Assembly (NCBI GenBank): GCA_947624495.1
Contig: CANQKP010000001.1
Span: 1-47,254, forward strand
Source of the DNA: an uncultured Monoglobus sp.
GTDB taxonomy: Bacteria > Bacillota > Clostridia > Monoglobales > Monoglobaceae
Direction: 5' to 3'
Length of the DNA: 47,254 nucleotides
The translations under genes were made by a program, and so were the position numbers. How positions within the stretch are numbered: position 1 is the first letter of the stretch; every line of letters begins with the position of its first letter. The notes below the pieces were generated by a model, which saw nothing but the letters and a program-made list of their open reading frames with translations, had not been told where the DNA came from and made no database searches. Positions 18,668 to 26,121 of this stretch are shown in pieces.

Positions 18668-19021
18668 TTATAACTCTTTCGCCAAGGCAGTGATCTTGTC
18701 ATGCTCCGCCTTGAAAATCAAAAACTCTGCCGGTATCTGGTCATATTCTCCGGCACGAGTATAATCAACTATCTTTTGTGCGGAATTCTGAGCCGCCTCA
18801 AATCCGAGGTTGCCCGCCAGCCCCTTTATGGTGTGCGCCGCCCGCTCTACCGCAGGATAGTCCTCCGCCTCGACCGCCTTTTCAAGCTCTCCGAAAAGCG
18901 GATCCTCAATATAGCTTATCGTGCAGTCCCTGGCGATATCCGGCATACCGACAAAGCGCTCCAGCACCTCTTCTTTGTTAACGTTCAGCTTATCCCAGAA
19001 TTCATCCATCGTAAGGCTCAC
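18668..19021 (-). CDS. Stand-alone Hpt (histidine phosphotransfer) domain protein
   Basis: AAHTIKGLAGNLGF = H-x-x-K-G Hpt signature in a 117 aa helical protein. Confidence 0.85.
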   Translation of the reverse strand: MSLTMDEFWDKLNVNKEEVLERFVGMPDIARDCTISYIEDPLFGELEKAVEAEDYPAVERAAHTIKGLAGNLGFEAAQNSAQKIVDYTRAGEYDQIPAEFLIFKAEHDKITALAKEL

Positions 19022-19043
19022 AATCCGGCACCTCTCCTTCGGT

Positions 19044-19739
19044 CTAATATGCGCCCTCGGCGTGTAAAACAGCCGGTATGGTGCGAATGATTATTTTAAA
19101 ATCGCACCAAAGGCACTGATCGTTTATGTACTCAAGATCCATATCGATCCACTTGGCAAAGCTTATCTTGCTTCTGCCGCCGCACTGCCAGTAGCAGGTC
19201 AGTCCGGGGCGAACCTTGAGTCTTTGCATATCATAATCGCTGTACATTTCGACCTCGTTCGGAAGCGGAGGTCTGGGACCGACTATACTCATGTCCCCTT
19301 TTAATATGTTTATGAGCTGAGGCAGCTCGTCAATACTGTATTTTCTGATAAATTTCCCGACCCTTGTCACCCTCGGATCGTCATGTATCTTAAACACGGG
19401 ACCGCTCGCCTCGTTCTTTTCCTGAAGCTCCTTGAGCATCTTTTCTGCGTCAACCACCATGCTTCGGAATTTATACATCTTAAACGGGCAGCCGTCCTTG
19501 CCGACACGGGTCTGCATAAAGAACACCGGTCCGCCGTCGCGCTTTATCAGCAGAGCGACGCACAGGAACAGCGGAGAAAGCACAGCAAGAGCCAAAAAAG
19601 AGCAACAAATATCAGCAGTCCTTTTCAAAAACAGATAGCCGGGGTTCCTGTTCGGCTGAATGTTTCTAAACTGTTTGTAATGCTCTTTTTTTACAATATT
19701 ATGCTGCGGGTTGTATGTGCCCCTGTATCGTTTTGCCAT
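19044..19739 (-). CDS. Priming polyprenyl-phosphate sugar phosphotransferase (CpsE/EpsL-like)
   Basis: KRTADI, YKFRSM, DPRVTRVGKFIRKYSIDELPQLINILKGDMSIVGPRP. Confidence 0.95.
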   Translation of the reverse strand: MAKRYRGTYNPQHNIVKKEHYKQFRNIQPNRNPGYLFLKRTADICCSFLALAVLSPLFLCVALLIKRDGGPVFFMQTRVGKDGCPFKMYKFRSMVVDAEKMLKELQEKNEASGPVFKIHDDPRVTRVGKFIRKYSIDELPQLINILKGDMSIVGPRPPLPNEVEMYSDYDMQRLKVRPGLTCYWQCGGRSKISFAKWIDMDLEYINDQCLWCDFKIIIRTIPAVLHAEGAY

Positions 19740-19751
19740 CGCTCCTCCTCT

Positions 19752-20312
19752 TTACTTAAGCTTTTTTATCAAAACTCCGAAAACCGATGTCTCGCTGACC
19801 GGACCGAATTCGCGGCTGTCGCGGCTGTTGATCCGGTTGTCCCCCATAACAAATATATATCCGTCCGGTATGACGAGCGGCGAGTCCTTGCTGTAACCCT
19901 CCGACGCCAAATTTGTCATATACTCCGAGGCTCCGCCCGCTTCGACATGAGCGTAAGACTCTTCGGCAGCCTCGCCGTTTAAGTAAAGTCTGCCGCTCTG
20001 CATATCTATATATACGCTGTCCCCGCCGACCGCGATAACTCTTGATACAGAAGCCTCGCCGTCGCCGCCCGAATGAAACACCACTACATCCCCTCGGTCG
20101 ATCTCATCAAAAGTGCGGTCTATCAGCCATATTTCGTCGGGACCAACGTTCGGCTCCATACCGGTGCCGGACACGTGCGCAAGCGAGAACATAAACCTGT
20201 TGCAAATCACCGTAAAGATTACCGCCGCAATTATTATAAGCGCCGCCGCAAGCAGCACACCGGCAGTCTTGTTCCGACCGGTTCCGCGCTTATGATCTGC
20301 ATTAGACTGCAT
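19752..20312 (-). CDS. Signal peptidase I family protein with non-canonical catalytic residues
   Basis: RGDVVVF, RVIAVGGD, FVMGDNRINSRDSR present; box B reads VSGTGMEP and box D reads SVSRVIA. Confidence 0.8.
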   Translation of the reverse strand: MQSNADHKRGTGRNKTAGVLLAAALIIIAAVIFTVICNRFMFSLAHVSGTGMEPNVGPDEIWLIDRTFDEIDRGDVVVFHSGGDGEASVSRVIAVGGDSVYIDMQSGRLYLNGEAAEESYAHVEAGGASEYMTNLASEGYSKDSPLVIPDGYIFVMGDNRINSRDSREFGPVSETSVFGVLIKKLK

Positions 20313-20358
20313 AACAATTCCCCCGACAAAACCTGAAAAATTTTACTTATCTTATCTT

Positions 20359-20387
20359 ATTATAGTATATTATTACATAAATGTCAA
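20359..20387 (-). promoter_or_regulatory. Consensus SigA promoter for the peptidase-polysaccharide operon
   Basis: TTGACA-17bp-TATAAT. Confidence 0.8.
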
Positions 20388-20430
20388 CATAACTTTTAAA
20401 ATTATAACAACAACAATTAGTAATTTTAAC

Positions 20431-20457
20431 AAAAAAAGACGGACTAAATCCGTCTTT
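20431..20457 (-). terminator. Intrinsic terminator
   Basis: AAAGACGGA-TTTAG-TCCGTCTTT followed by a T run on the minus strand. Confidence 0.8.
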
Positions 20458-20735
20458 CGCTGTGCAAATATCTTTCGCAAAAGGCTTTTGGGATTGATTA
20501 ACCAAGCCATCCGTCCTATTCTACGGTACAGGTATAATTTTCCCTTGGATCGCACAACGGTGGAAGGGGTATTGTTTTCACCAAAAACTGTTTGCTATGT
20601 TGGACTCGGCATTAATTCAAAGCAAAACAGTTTTTGGTGTCCTATTTTCTAATCTCTAACCCTTAGTCACTCCGTCGGCGGATTGCGACGAGAGAATGCT
20701 TTTGCAAAGCAAATAAACAACCGCTTTTAGATCTG
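20431..20735 (-). ncRNA. Candidate ~300 nt multi-stem structured RNA
   Basis: 10 bp closing helix 20699-20708/20474-20483, long hairpin 20579-20639, several short hairpins, terminator; -10 at 20742-20747 but no clear -35. Confidence 0.4.
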
Positions 20736-20769
20736 AAATATATTATAAACAGTAAACATCTATGCCGGT

Positions 20770-21453
20770 TTAGTGAACGATCATGTCGCCAACGCCTATA
20801 GCAGAACCGCTAAACTGAATTTTCAGCTGGAGTCCGTAGGAGATCGGTATCAAAACCTTTTTGGGGAGGCACTCAGGCTCAAGTTCTATTTCCTTTACAA
20901 CTCTTCCGTCCACAATAAATGAGACGTATTTTCCTTCACGCTGTTCATAACCGGTGTGACCGATCGTACATTCAATATTTGAATATTTTCCGTTCAGGTT
21001 AAAAAGAGCATATCCGTTAGAAGACGCTAAACCGTTGCTGTACTTTTCTCCCGCCATTGAAAAGCTTTGACCTTCGGTTGCTAAATATGTGCCGCAACCA
21101 CCGTTGTCATACGGCGGGCAGGCTTCCAAAAACGGCGTTCCGTCCGGAACCATATCATCCCAAAGGTAAACGCTCTGTGTCGCTCCGTCCCATGTTACCT
21201 GCATATCGGCAAGGCTTGCCGTGCCGCGAACGGGCATATAGGTCGTGCCGTTATATATAAACGGCTCGATAGTGCTGCCGTTCGCGTCCTTTAATTCACA
21301 CAATACGTTGTCCTTATAAACTTTGATATTGCTGTACTCGACCTCGATCATTTCGCTCGCCTGTTTTGCAAATACTCCGCCGCCCACGACCAGCGTTCCG
21401 ATAATAAGCCCCGATATCATGCCTTTTAATCTTTCTTTTATTATTGGTTTCAT
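20770..21453 (-). CDS. Secreted protein: copper amine oxidase N-terminal (stalk) domain plus NPCBM/NEW2-like domain
   Basis: Signal/TM segment; PFIYNGTTYMPVR...VTWDGATQSV; C-terminal GEKYSNG, FNLNGKY..IECTIG, GLQLKI; GGAGG RBS. Confidence 0.72.
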   Translation of the reverse strand: MKPIIKERLKGMISGLIIGTLVVGGGVFAKQASEMIEVEYSNIKVYKDNVLCELKDANGSTIEPFIYNGTTYMPVRGTASLADMQVTWDGATQSVYLWDDMVPDGTPFLEACPPYDNGGCGTYLATEGQSFSMAGEKYSNGLASSNGYALFNLNGKYSNIECTIGHTGYEQREGKYVSFIVDGRVVKEIELEPECLPKKVLIPISYGLQLKIQFSGSAIGVGDMIVH

Positions 21454-21544
21454 TTTTATGACCCTCCGATATTTTATAATACAGCCGACATTTTTTATCC
21501 GAGCGTCATGTTCTCTGCCCACCCTTCGGACTAAAATTTCAAAT

Positions 21545-21744
21545 AAAAAATGTGCAGCCTGAGTCCAAGCTGCACATAAAAACGCGGCTAAGACTTCAAT
21601 GCTGCCACACATCTGAAGCAAATACAACAAGACATACTGTTTTATTTACGCTTGTCAAAGCCGACATTTTTAGCTTATTACAGCGTAAATAAAACTGTTT
21701 ATGAAAAAAACAGCTGTCAATGCTATATATTCAGATATGTGGCA
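21545..21744 (-). ncRNA. Structured leader/attenuator RNA, copy 1
   Basis: Promoter TTGACC-17-TATACT at 21750-21778; 15 bp closing stem 21730-21744/21603-21617; inner stem; terminator 21545-21577. Confidence 0.6.
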
Positions 21745-21853
21745 TTGTCAGTATATCATAATATTCCAAAAAGGTCAATGAAAAAAATTAAAAATACATA
21801 AATACCAAAAAGCTGTGAGTGACTTCCATAATTTTAAAATACTTGCGGCGGCG

Positions 21854-22189
21854 TCAATTTGCTTCATCGCCGCCGCAGACATCACCGAATATAATTTTAA
21901 TGTAGTCTCTGCGACCGTATAAAATACGATAAACAGAAACAAATTCTTCATTTGCCTGATAAAAGATAATATAATTTCCGCTTACAAGATAGCGAAAATC
22001 CGTTTCAATCGCAATTTTAGACGAGAGCCGTGCGCCAATAAACGGCGCGTCTCCAAGCCGTGTATAATCCTGTATAATTCTTTTAACCACATTTTGGGCG
22101 GCAGCGGGATTGGACAAATCGTTTTCAATATACTCTTTGATCGCCTGCAAATCAGCCAGAGCGGTCGGCGCAAGTCTGATTTCCGCCAT
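21854..22189 (-). CDS. RelE/ParE family toxin
   Basis: IRLAPTALADLQAIKEYI...P..G...RYLVSGNYIIFY...VYRILYGRRD. Confidence 0.88.
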   Translation of the reverse strand: MAEIRLAPTALADLQAIKEYIENDLSNPAAAQNVVKRIIQDYTRLGDAPFIGARLSSKIAIETDFRYLVSGNYIIFYQANEEFVSVYRILYGRRDYIKIIFGDVCGGDEAN

Positions 22190-22192
22190 AAA

Positions 22193-22438
22193 TCACGCCT
22201 CCAATATACGTTTTGCGTCTTCGGCTGTTATCCAGCCATTTTCCTTGACTGATTTTTCCGCTTCCGCAAGCTTAGACATCAGCTTTAGGGTCGCTCTTGT
22301 GTTTTCGTATTCTTCCATTGCCACTATAGCATAACGACCTCTTCCGTTTTTGGTGAGAAACACCGGCGCATCAACTGAAATTTCCCGCAAGACCTCCGTA
22401 TAATTTCTCAAATCAGATACCGGACGAATATTCGGCAT
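22193..22438 (-). CDS. Phd/YefM family antitoxin
   Basis: MPNIRPVSDLRNY...PVFLTKNGRG; directly upstream of the toxin; AAGGAG RBS. Confidence 0.88.
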   Translation of the reverse strand: MPNIRPVSDLRNYTEVLREISVDAPVFLTKNGRGRYAIVAMEEYENTRATLKLMSKLAEAEKSVKENGWITAEDAKRILEA

Positions 22439-22468
22439 AAAAAACACTCCTTAAAATTTATTGTGTTT

Positions 22469-22497
22469 ATTATAGCATAATTCATCTTAAAATACAA
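22469..22497 (-). promoter_or_regulatory. Promoter of the TA operon
   Basis: TTGTAT-17-TATAAT with TGcTATAAT. Confidence 0.65.
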
Positions 22498-22520
22498 CAG
22501 CAAATCAAAAAACAATGAAA

Positions 22521-22556
22521 CAAAAATGCGGCACAGCCAAAGCTGCGCCACATTTA
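22521..22556 (-). terminator. Intrinsic terminator after the 22608-23051 gene
   Basis: AAATGTGGCGCAGC-TTTG-GCTGTGCCGCATTT then TT. Confidence 0.65.
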
Positions 22557-22607
22557 AACTCAAAACATCACCGTTTATGCCATCCTTCAAAGTCAGTCTT
22601 TATTATT

Positions 22608-23051
22608 CTAAGGCTTGACCTCAAGGCTGTTGATAAAGCGCTTTATTTTTATTGTGTTTACAAGGCTTATTACAAAAGCAATGAAATATCCCGCGACCGA
22701 CGCCAGCGCCGAGACCGCGGCAACCGCCGTCTGCCTCTCTCCGAACGATTGGTGCGGAAAAAAGCCGTACAGCAGCCGAAACGCGTTTCCGGCAGGATCA
22801 AGCCTGAAGCCGAGATACGCCAGCGCAGCCGACACCGCCGCACATGACAGCAGCGATACGAAGAATTTTGACAGCCGCTCTTTTGCCGCAAAAACCGCGG
22901 CGATCACGCCGCAGCCCAGCGGAAAGACCAGCGCTGTCGCAAGCCCCATTCCGTAAAGCGTGATATTAAAATATGTGAAAACCAGCAGAATATATATGTA
23001 AACCGCGGTAAACACAGCGCACAGCGCGCCTCTTAGTATTGCCTTCCCCAT
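22608..23051 (-). CDS. Hypothetical membrane protein (about 4 TM)
   Basis: Hydrophobic 147 aa ORF with GGGAG RBS, 13 bp after the upstream gene. Confidence 0.65.
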   Translation of the reverse strand: MGKAILRGALCAVFTAVYIYILLVFTYFNITLYGMGLATALVFPLGCGVIAAVFAAKERLSKFFVSLLSCAAVSAALAYLGFRLDPAGNAFRLLYGFFPHQSFGERQTAVAAVSALASVAGYFIAFVISLVNTIKIKRFINSLEVKP

Positions 23052-23064
23052 TTTCTCTCCCGTT

Positions 23065-24693
23065 TTATTTTACCGCGGCAATTTTTTCGGTCTTGCCGTA
23101 GCTTATTTTCATAATGTCTCCGTTTTCAAGCAGCGCGTACGCGGTCCTTTCCTCGCCGGCAAACACCGCCTTAACGCCGCTTAGTCCCGTGTATTCCATG
23201 GCGTAATAATGCTCGATCTGAGAATGGCGCCTCGGAGAAATTACGGGGCTGTTTCCCCACATATAAACCCTGCCGCCGCAGAAAGCGGCAAAGCTGTACG
23301 CTCCGCAGGACACCGCGTCAATATTCAGCAATGTTCCGCCCTGAAGCTCCATTTCGTCGGTATTGTACACACAGTAGGGCTGCCTGCGCGGTCTGTCGTA
23401 CCGATAATATCCGTCGATATCGGCAAGCACCGGCATTTCGGGGTCAAGTTCGTGATACATCAGCTCCTCGCCATCGGCAAGCACGCCGATGTACACCGTT
23501 CCCCAGACGTATGCGCTTTTGTCATCTCTGACCGCTGCGGCTCCGGTCGGACCCGCATACACCGACTTAAAATACATCAGCTTTTGGACCTGCGTCGGCG
23601 TTTTGGAGCTTGTCAGAACGTTCTCGCCCCTGCCCAGCTGACCCTCGCTGTTTTCGCCCCATGTCCAGAGCCTGCCGCCCGAATCGACCGCGGCGGCAAA
23701 CGCTCCGCCCGCGGCAGCGTCTGAAACACCGGTTATGCTGACCTCGGTCGGGGAAAACGAGTCCTCAGTCGTTCCGTTTCCGAGCTGACCCTTGTCGTTT
23801 CTGCCCCATGCGTAAAGCCTTCCGTTTTCAGAAAGCGCAATTCCGAAATAGATACCAGCGCCGATGCGTTTTATATCCCTCAGTCCTTCTATCTTTTGTG
23901 CGGCACCGTCCGCCGTCCGGTCTGCGCCGCCAAGCTGCCCGTACTCATTGGAGCTTCCCCATGAGTATACTTCGCCGCCGTCCGTCAGGGCATAGCCCCC
24001 GGTCCTGCCGATTGCCACCTGCACGGCGCGGCTCACGCCCGGCACCTGTCCGCCGCCGACATACCACACCGTACCGTCATCTTTGATATAGGCAGCCGTG
24101 TCACCGTATACCGAGACTCTAAACATATCAGCAATTTCAGACGGGCTGAAATCATCCGACGCGTCCGCAGCAACGGCTGCCGGAGCGGCGCTGCTCTGCG
24201 GCTCAGGGGCCGAAGTGATCTTCACGGTGTAAACCGCCTCATCCCAATAAACATCGCAGCCGAATGTCTCCGATACCGCTCTGAGCGGTATCATGGTCGT
24301 CTCAAAACCGTCGGTATACGGCAAAAGCTCCGGAGGCACGTCCAGTACCAGAGTGCGCGCTGCGCCGCTTTCCGTTATTTTCATAACGCCGCTGCCTATG
24401 ACAAGCTTGATCTCGACCCCGCCGTGTTTTGCCGTGACCGATGAAGCGCCGCCTTCCGCCGGATCAAATTCGTTCCAAACCACCTCGTCGGCTCCCAAAG
24501 CGTCAAATATCCTCCGCATCGGCACAAGGGTCCTGCCGTCTTTTATTACCGGTTGGTGAACGCCGCCGAAGTCCACAGCCGCGCCGTCCACGATAACCGA
24601 AACGCCGTACTCGTATTCGGCGCTTTCAGCTGCGCTGCACGGCACAGCCGCAAGTAAAAGCAAAGAAAGAACACAAATCATAAATTTCTTCAT
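23065..24693 (-). CDS. Secreted protein: stalk domain plus RCC1/BLIP-II-like repeats
   Basis: Signal peptide; GRTLVPMRRIFDALG and TMIPLRAVSETFG; repeats GEVYSWGSSNEYGQLG, GRLYAWGRNDKGQLG, GRLWTWGENSEGQLG. Confidence 0.85.
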   Translation of the reverse strand: MKKFMICVLSLLLLAAVPCSAAESAEYEYGVSVIVDGAAVDFGGVHQPVIKDGRTLVPMRRIFDALGADEVVWNEFDPAEGGASSVTAKHGGVEIKLVIGSGVMKITESGAARTLVLDVPPELLPYTDGFETTMIPLRAVSETFGCDVYWDEAVYTVKITSAPEPQSSAAPAAVAADASDDFSPSEIADMFRVSVYGDTAAYIKDDGTVWYVGGGQVPGVSRAVQVAIGRTGGYALTDGGEVYSWGSSNEYGQLGGADRTADGAAQKIEGLRDIKRIGAGIYFGIALSENGRLYAWGRNDKGQLGNGTTEDSFSPTEVSITGVSDAAAGGAFAAAVDSGGRLWTWGENSEGQLGRGENVLTSSKTPTQVQKLMYFKSVYAGPTGAAAVRDDKSAYVWGTVYIGVLADGEELMYHELDPEMPVLADIDGYYRYDRPRRQPYCVYNTDEMELQGGTLLNIDAVSCGAYSFAAFCGGRVYMWGNSPVISPRRHSQIEHYYAMEYTGLSGVKAVFAGEERTAYALLENGDIMKISYGKTEKIAAVK

Positions 24694-24803
24694 AAAATCA
24701 CCTCCGCGGATCCGCATATTTCCGTTCTTATGAAAACAGGGACACGGAATTCAGCGAAATTCTGCGTCCCTGAAAATATTCAATTATTTATTTTGTTTCC
24801 GTT

Positions 24804-25925
24804 CTATTCCGCAGGAGCTTCGGACGCCTTGGCAGCGGACCCGTCCTCACCCTCCGCGTTCTTGTTTGCGAGATACTCGTCCCACTCCTCGCGGCTCTGG
24901 GGTCTGAACACCTCATCCACAAGCTCCTGAGTTTCCGGAACGTCCTGAATGTAATACCATACGGAGTCTATATACTCCGCATCGCCGGGAAGCTGGTACG
25001 CCGTTATATCGCCAAGATCAATGTCGTCTAATGCGTTAAGGTTTTTGATAACGTCCGTCATGGTAAGGTTCGTGCGGACATTGTTTTCAAATACCTCAAG
25101 TATATCACCGAGCTTTGCAAGGTAGGTCGGATTAAGCTTCTGCCTTATAAGCTCCTTTATGAACTGCTGCTGCCAATAGATACGTCCCTCGTCTCCCATA
25201 ACATACTCTCCGGGAGCGGAGCCGTCGTTATTGTGCCTGAAACGGACAAAATCGTGGGCGTGCTGAGCGTCCAAATGCTGCGGTCCCGCCTCAAGATGAA
25301 TATGCAGACCCTGGACCGGATCGTCATAATCCATATCGTAAGGAACGTTAAAATCAACGCCGTCTACTGCCGCTATAAGATCCATAAATCCGCTGAAGTC
25401 CACGGTCACAAAGTAGTTGACCGGAAGTCCCGTGATGCTCTTGACTTTTTCGATCAGAGAGTCTTCATACCCTTCCGTTGTGCTGAGCTTGGACGGCAGA
25501 GTCAGCCATTCCCTGTCGCTGAGCTTCGGGACCGGCGTCGCCTCGCTCTCGTCATGCTTATCTTCAATGACCCGCGAAGTGTCAGCCGCTTCCGCAAAAG
25601 CCATTGTTGCGTTTATCTTCTGATACGTGCCGTTGATCACAACTCTTGTGTCACGCGGGATCGACAGAATGCTCACCCTGTCCGAATAATCATCAAGGGA
25701 CACAAGCATGATCGTATCGCTGCGCACACCGTCAACATCCACGCCTATAACCAGGACGTTTACCATTCCGACATTTTCATCGACCGCGTCGAGGGAGTCG
25801 TACTGCGTAACGGTCCCGATTTCCAGACTGTCTATCATCCGCGCGGCAAAGACCCCGCCGTAGCAGGATACAGCCGTCAAAACAATAGCTATTAAAATCG
25901 CGATAACCTTAAATCTCTTTGTCAT
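24804..25925 (-). CDS. LCP (LytR-CpsA-Psr) family glycopolymer-peptidoglycan ligase
   Basis: N-terminal TM; RSDTIML, SIPRDT, KINA, FVRFRH, GDEGR...QQ. Confidence 0.92.
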   Translation of the reverse strand: MTKRFKVIAILIAIVLTAVSCYGGVFAARMIDSLEIGTVTQYDSLDAVDENVGMVNVLVIGVDVDGVRSDTIMLVSLDDYSDRVSILSIPRDTRVVINGTYQKINATMAFAEAADTSRVIEDKHDESEATPVPKLSDREWLTLPSKLSTTEGYEDSLIEKVKSITGLPVNYFVTVDFSGFMDLIAAVDGVDFNVPYDMDYDDPVQGLHIHLEAGPQHLDAQHAHDFVRFRHNNDGSAPGEYVMGDEGRIYWQQQFIKELIRQKLNPTYLAKLGDILEVFENNVRTNLTMTDVIKNLNALDDIDLGDITAYQLPGDAEYIDSVWYYIQDVPETQELVDEVFRPQSREEWDEYLANKNAEGEDGSAAKASEAPAE

Positions 25926-26003
25926 ATAAATTTCCTTTATTTTCCGGCACCGGCCGTTATTTTGTAAGACACGCTCAGTCTAAGCTGCGTTTATATAATA
26001 ATA

Positions 26004-26082
26004 TTCGACACGGACCATGAAAATGCCCGTTTTATTTCGACAAATACAGCTATAATTATATCATAAGACCCGCGCTTGTCAA
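26004..26082 (-). promoter_or_regulatory. SigA promoter of the LCP gene with two downstream Spo0A-box matches
   Basis: TTGACA-16-TATAAT at 26055-26082; TGTCGAA at 26036-26042 and 26004-26010. Confidence 0.55.
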
Positions 26083-26121
26083 GGAATACAACATAATTTT
26101 AACCTAATATTCACAAAAGGT

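Noticed and set aside
20373-20555. 60 aa ORF overlapping the structured element
   Set aside because: It has no SD, and it crosses a terminator and the next promoter.
20431-20740. tmRNA, RNase P, SRP, 6S, T-box, riboswitch or retron assignment
   Set aside because: I could not find the diagnostic motifs by eye and there is no RT gene; left as an unassigned candidate.
21454-21630. N-terminal extensions in the ORF track (also 39623-39694, 1166-1282, 46838-46933, 38917-38964)
   Set aside because: They run through terminators, promoters, hairpins or upstream genes; downstream starts have proper SD sequences.
21745-21749. Extra pairing of bases upstream of the leader stems with the 3' linker (GAC/GTC here, AACTC/GAGTT at 39475-39479)
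   Set aside because: These bases lie between the -10 and the predicted +1, so they are probably not transcribed.
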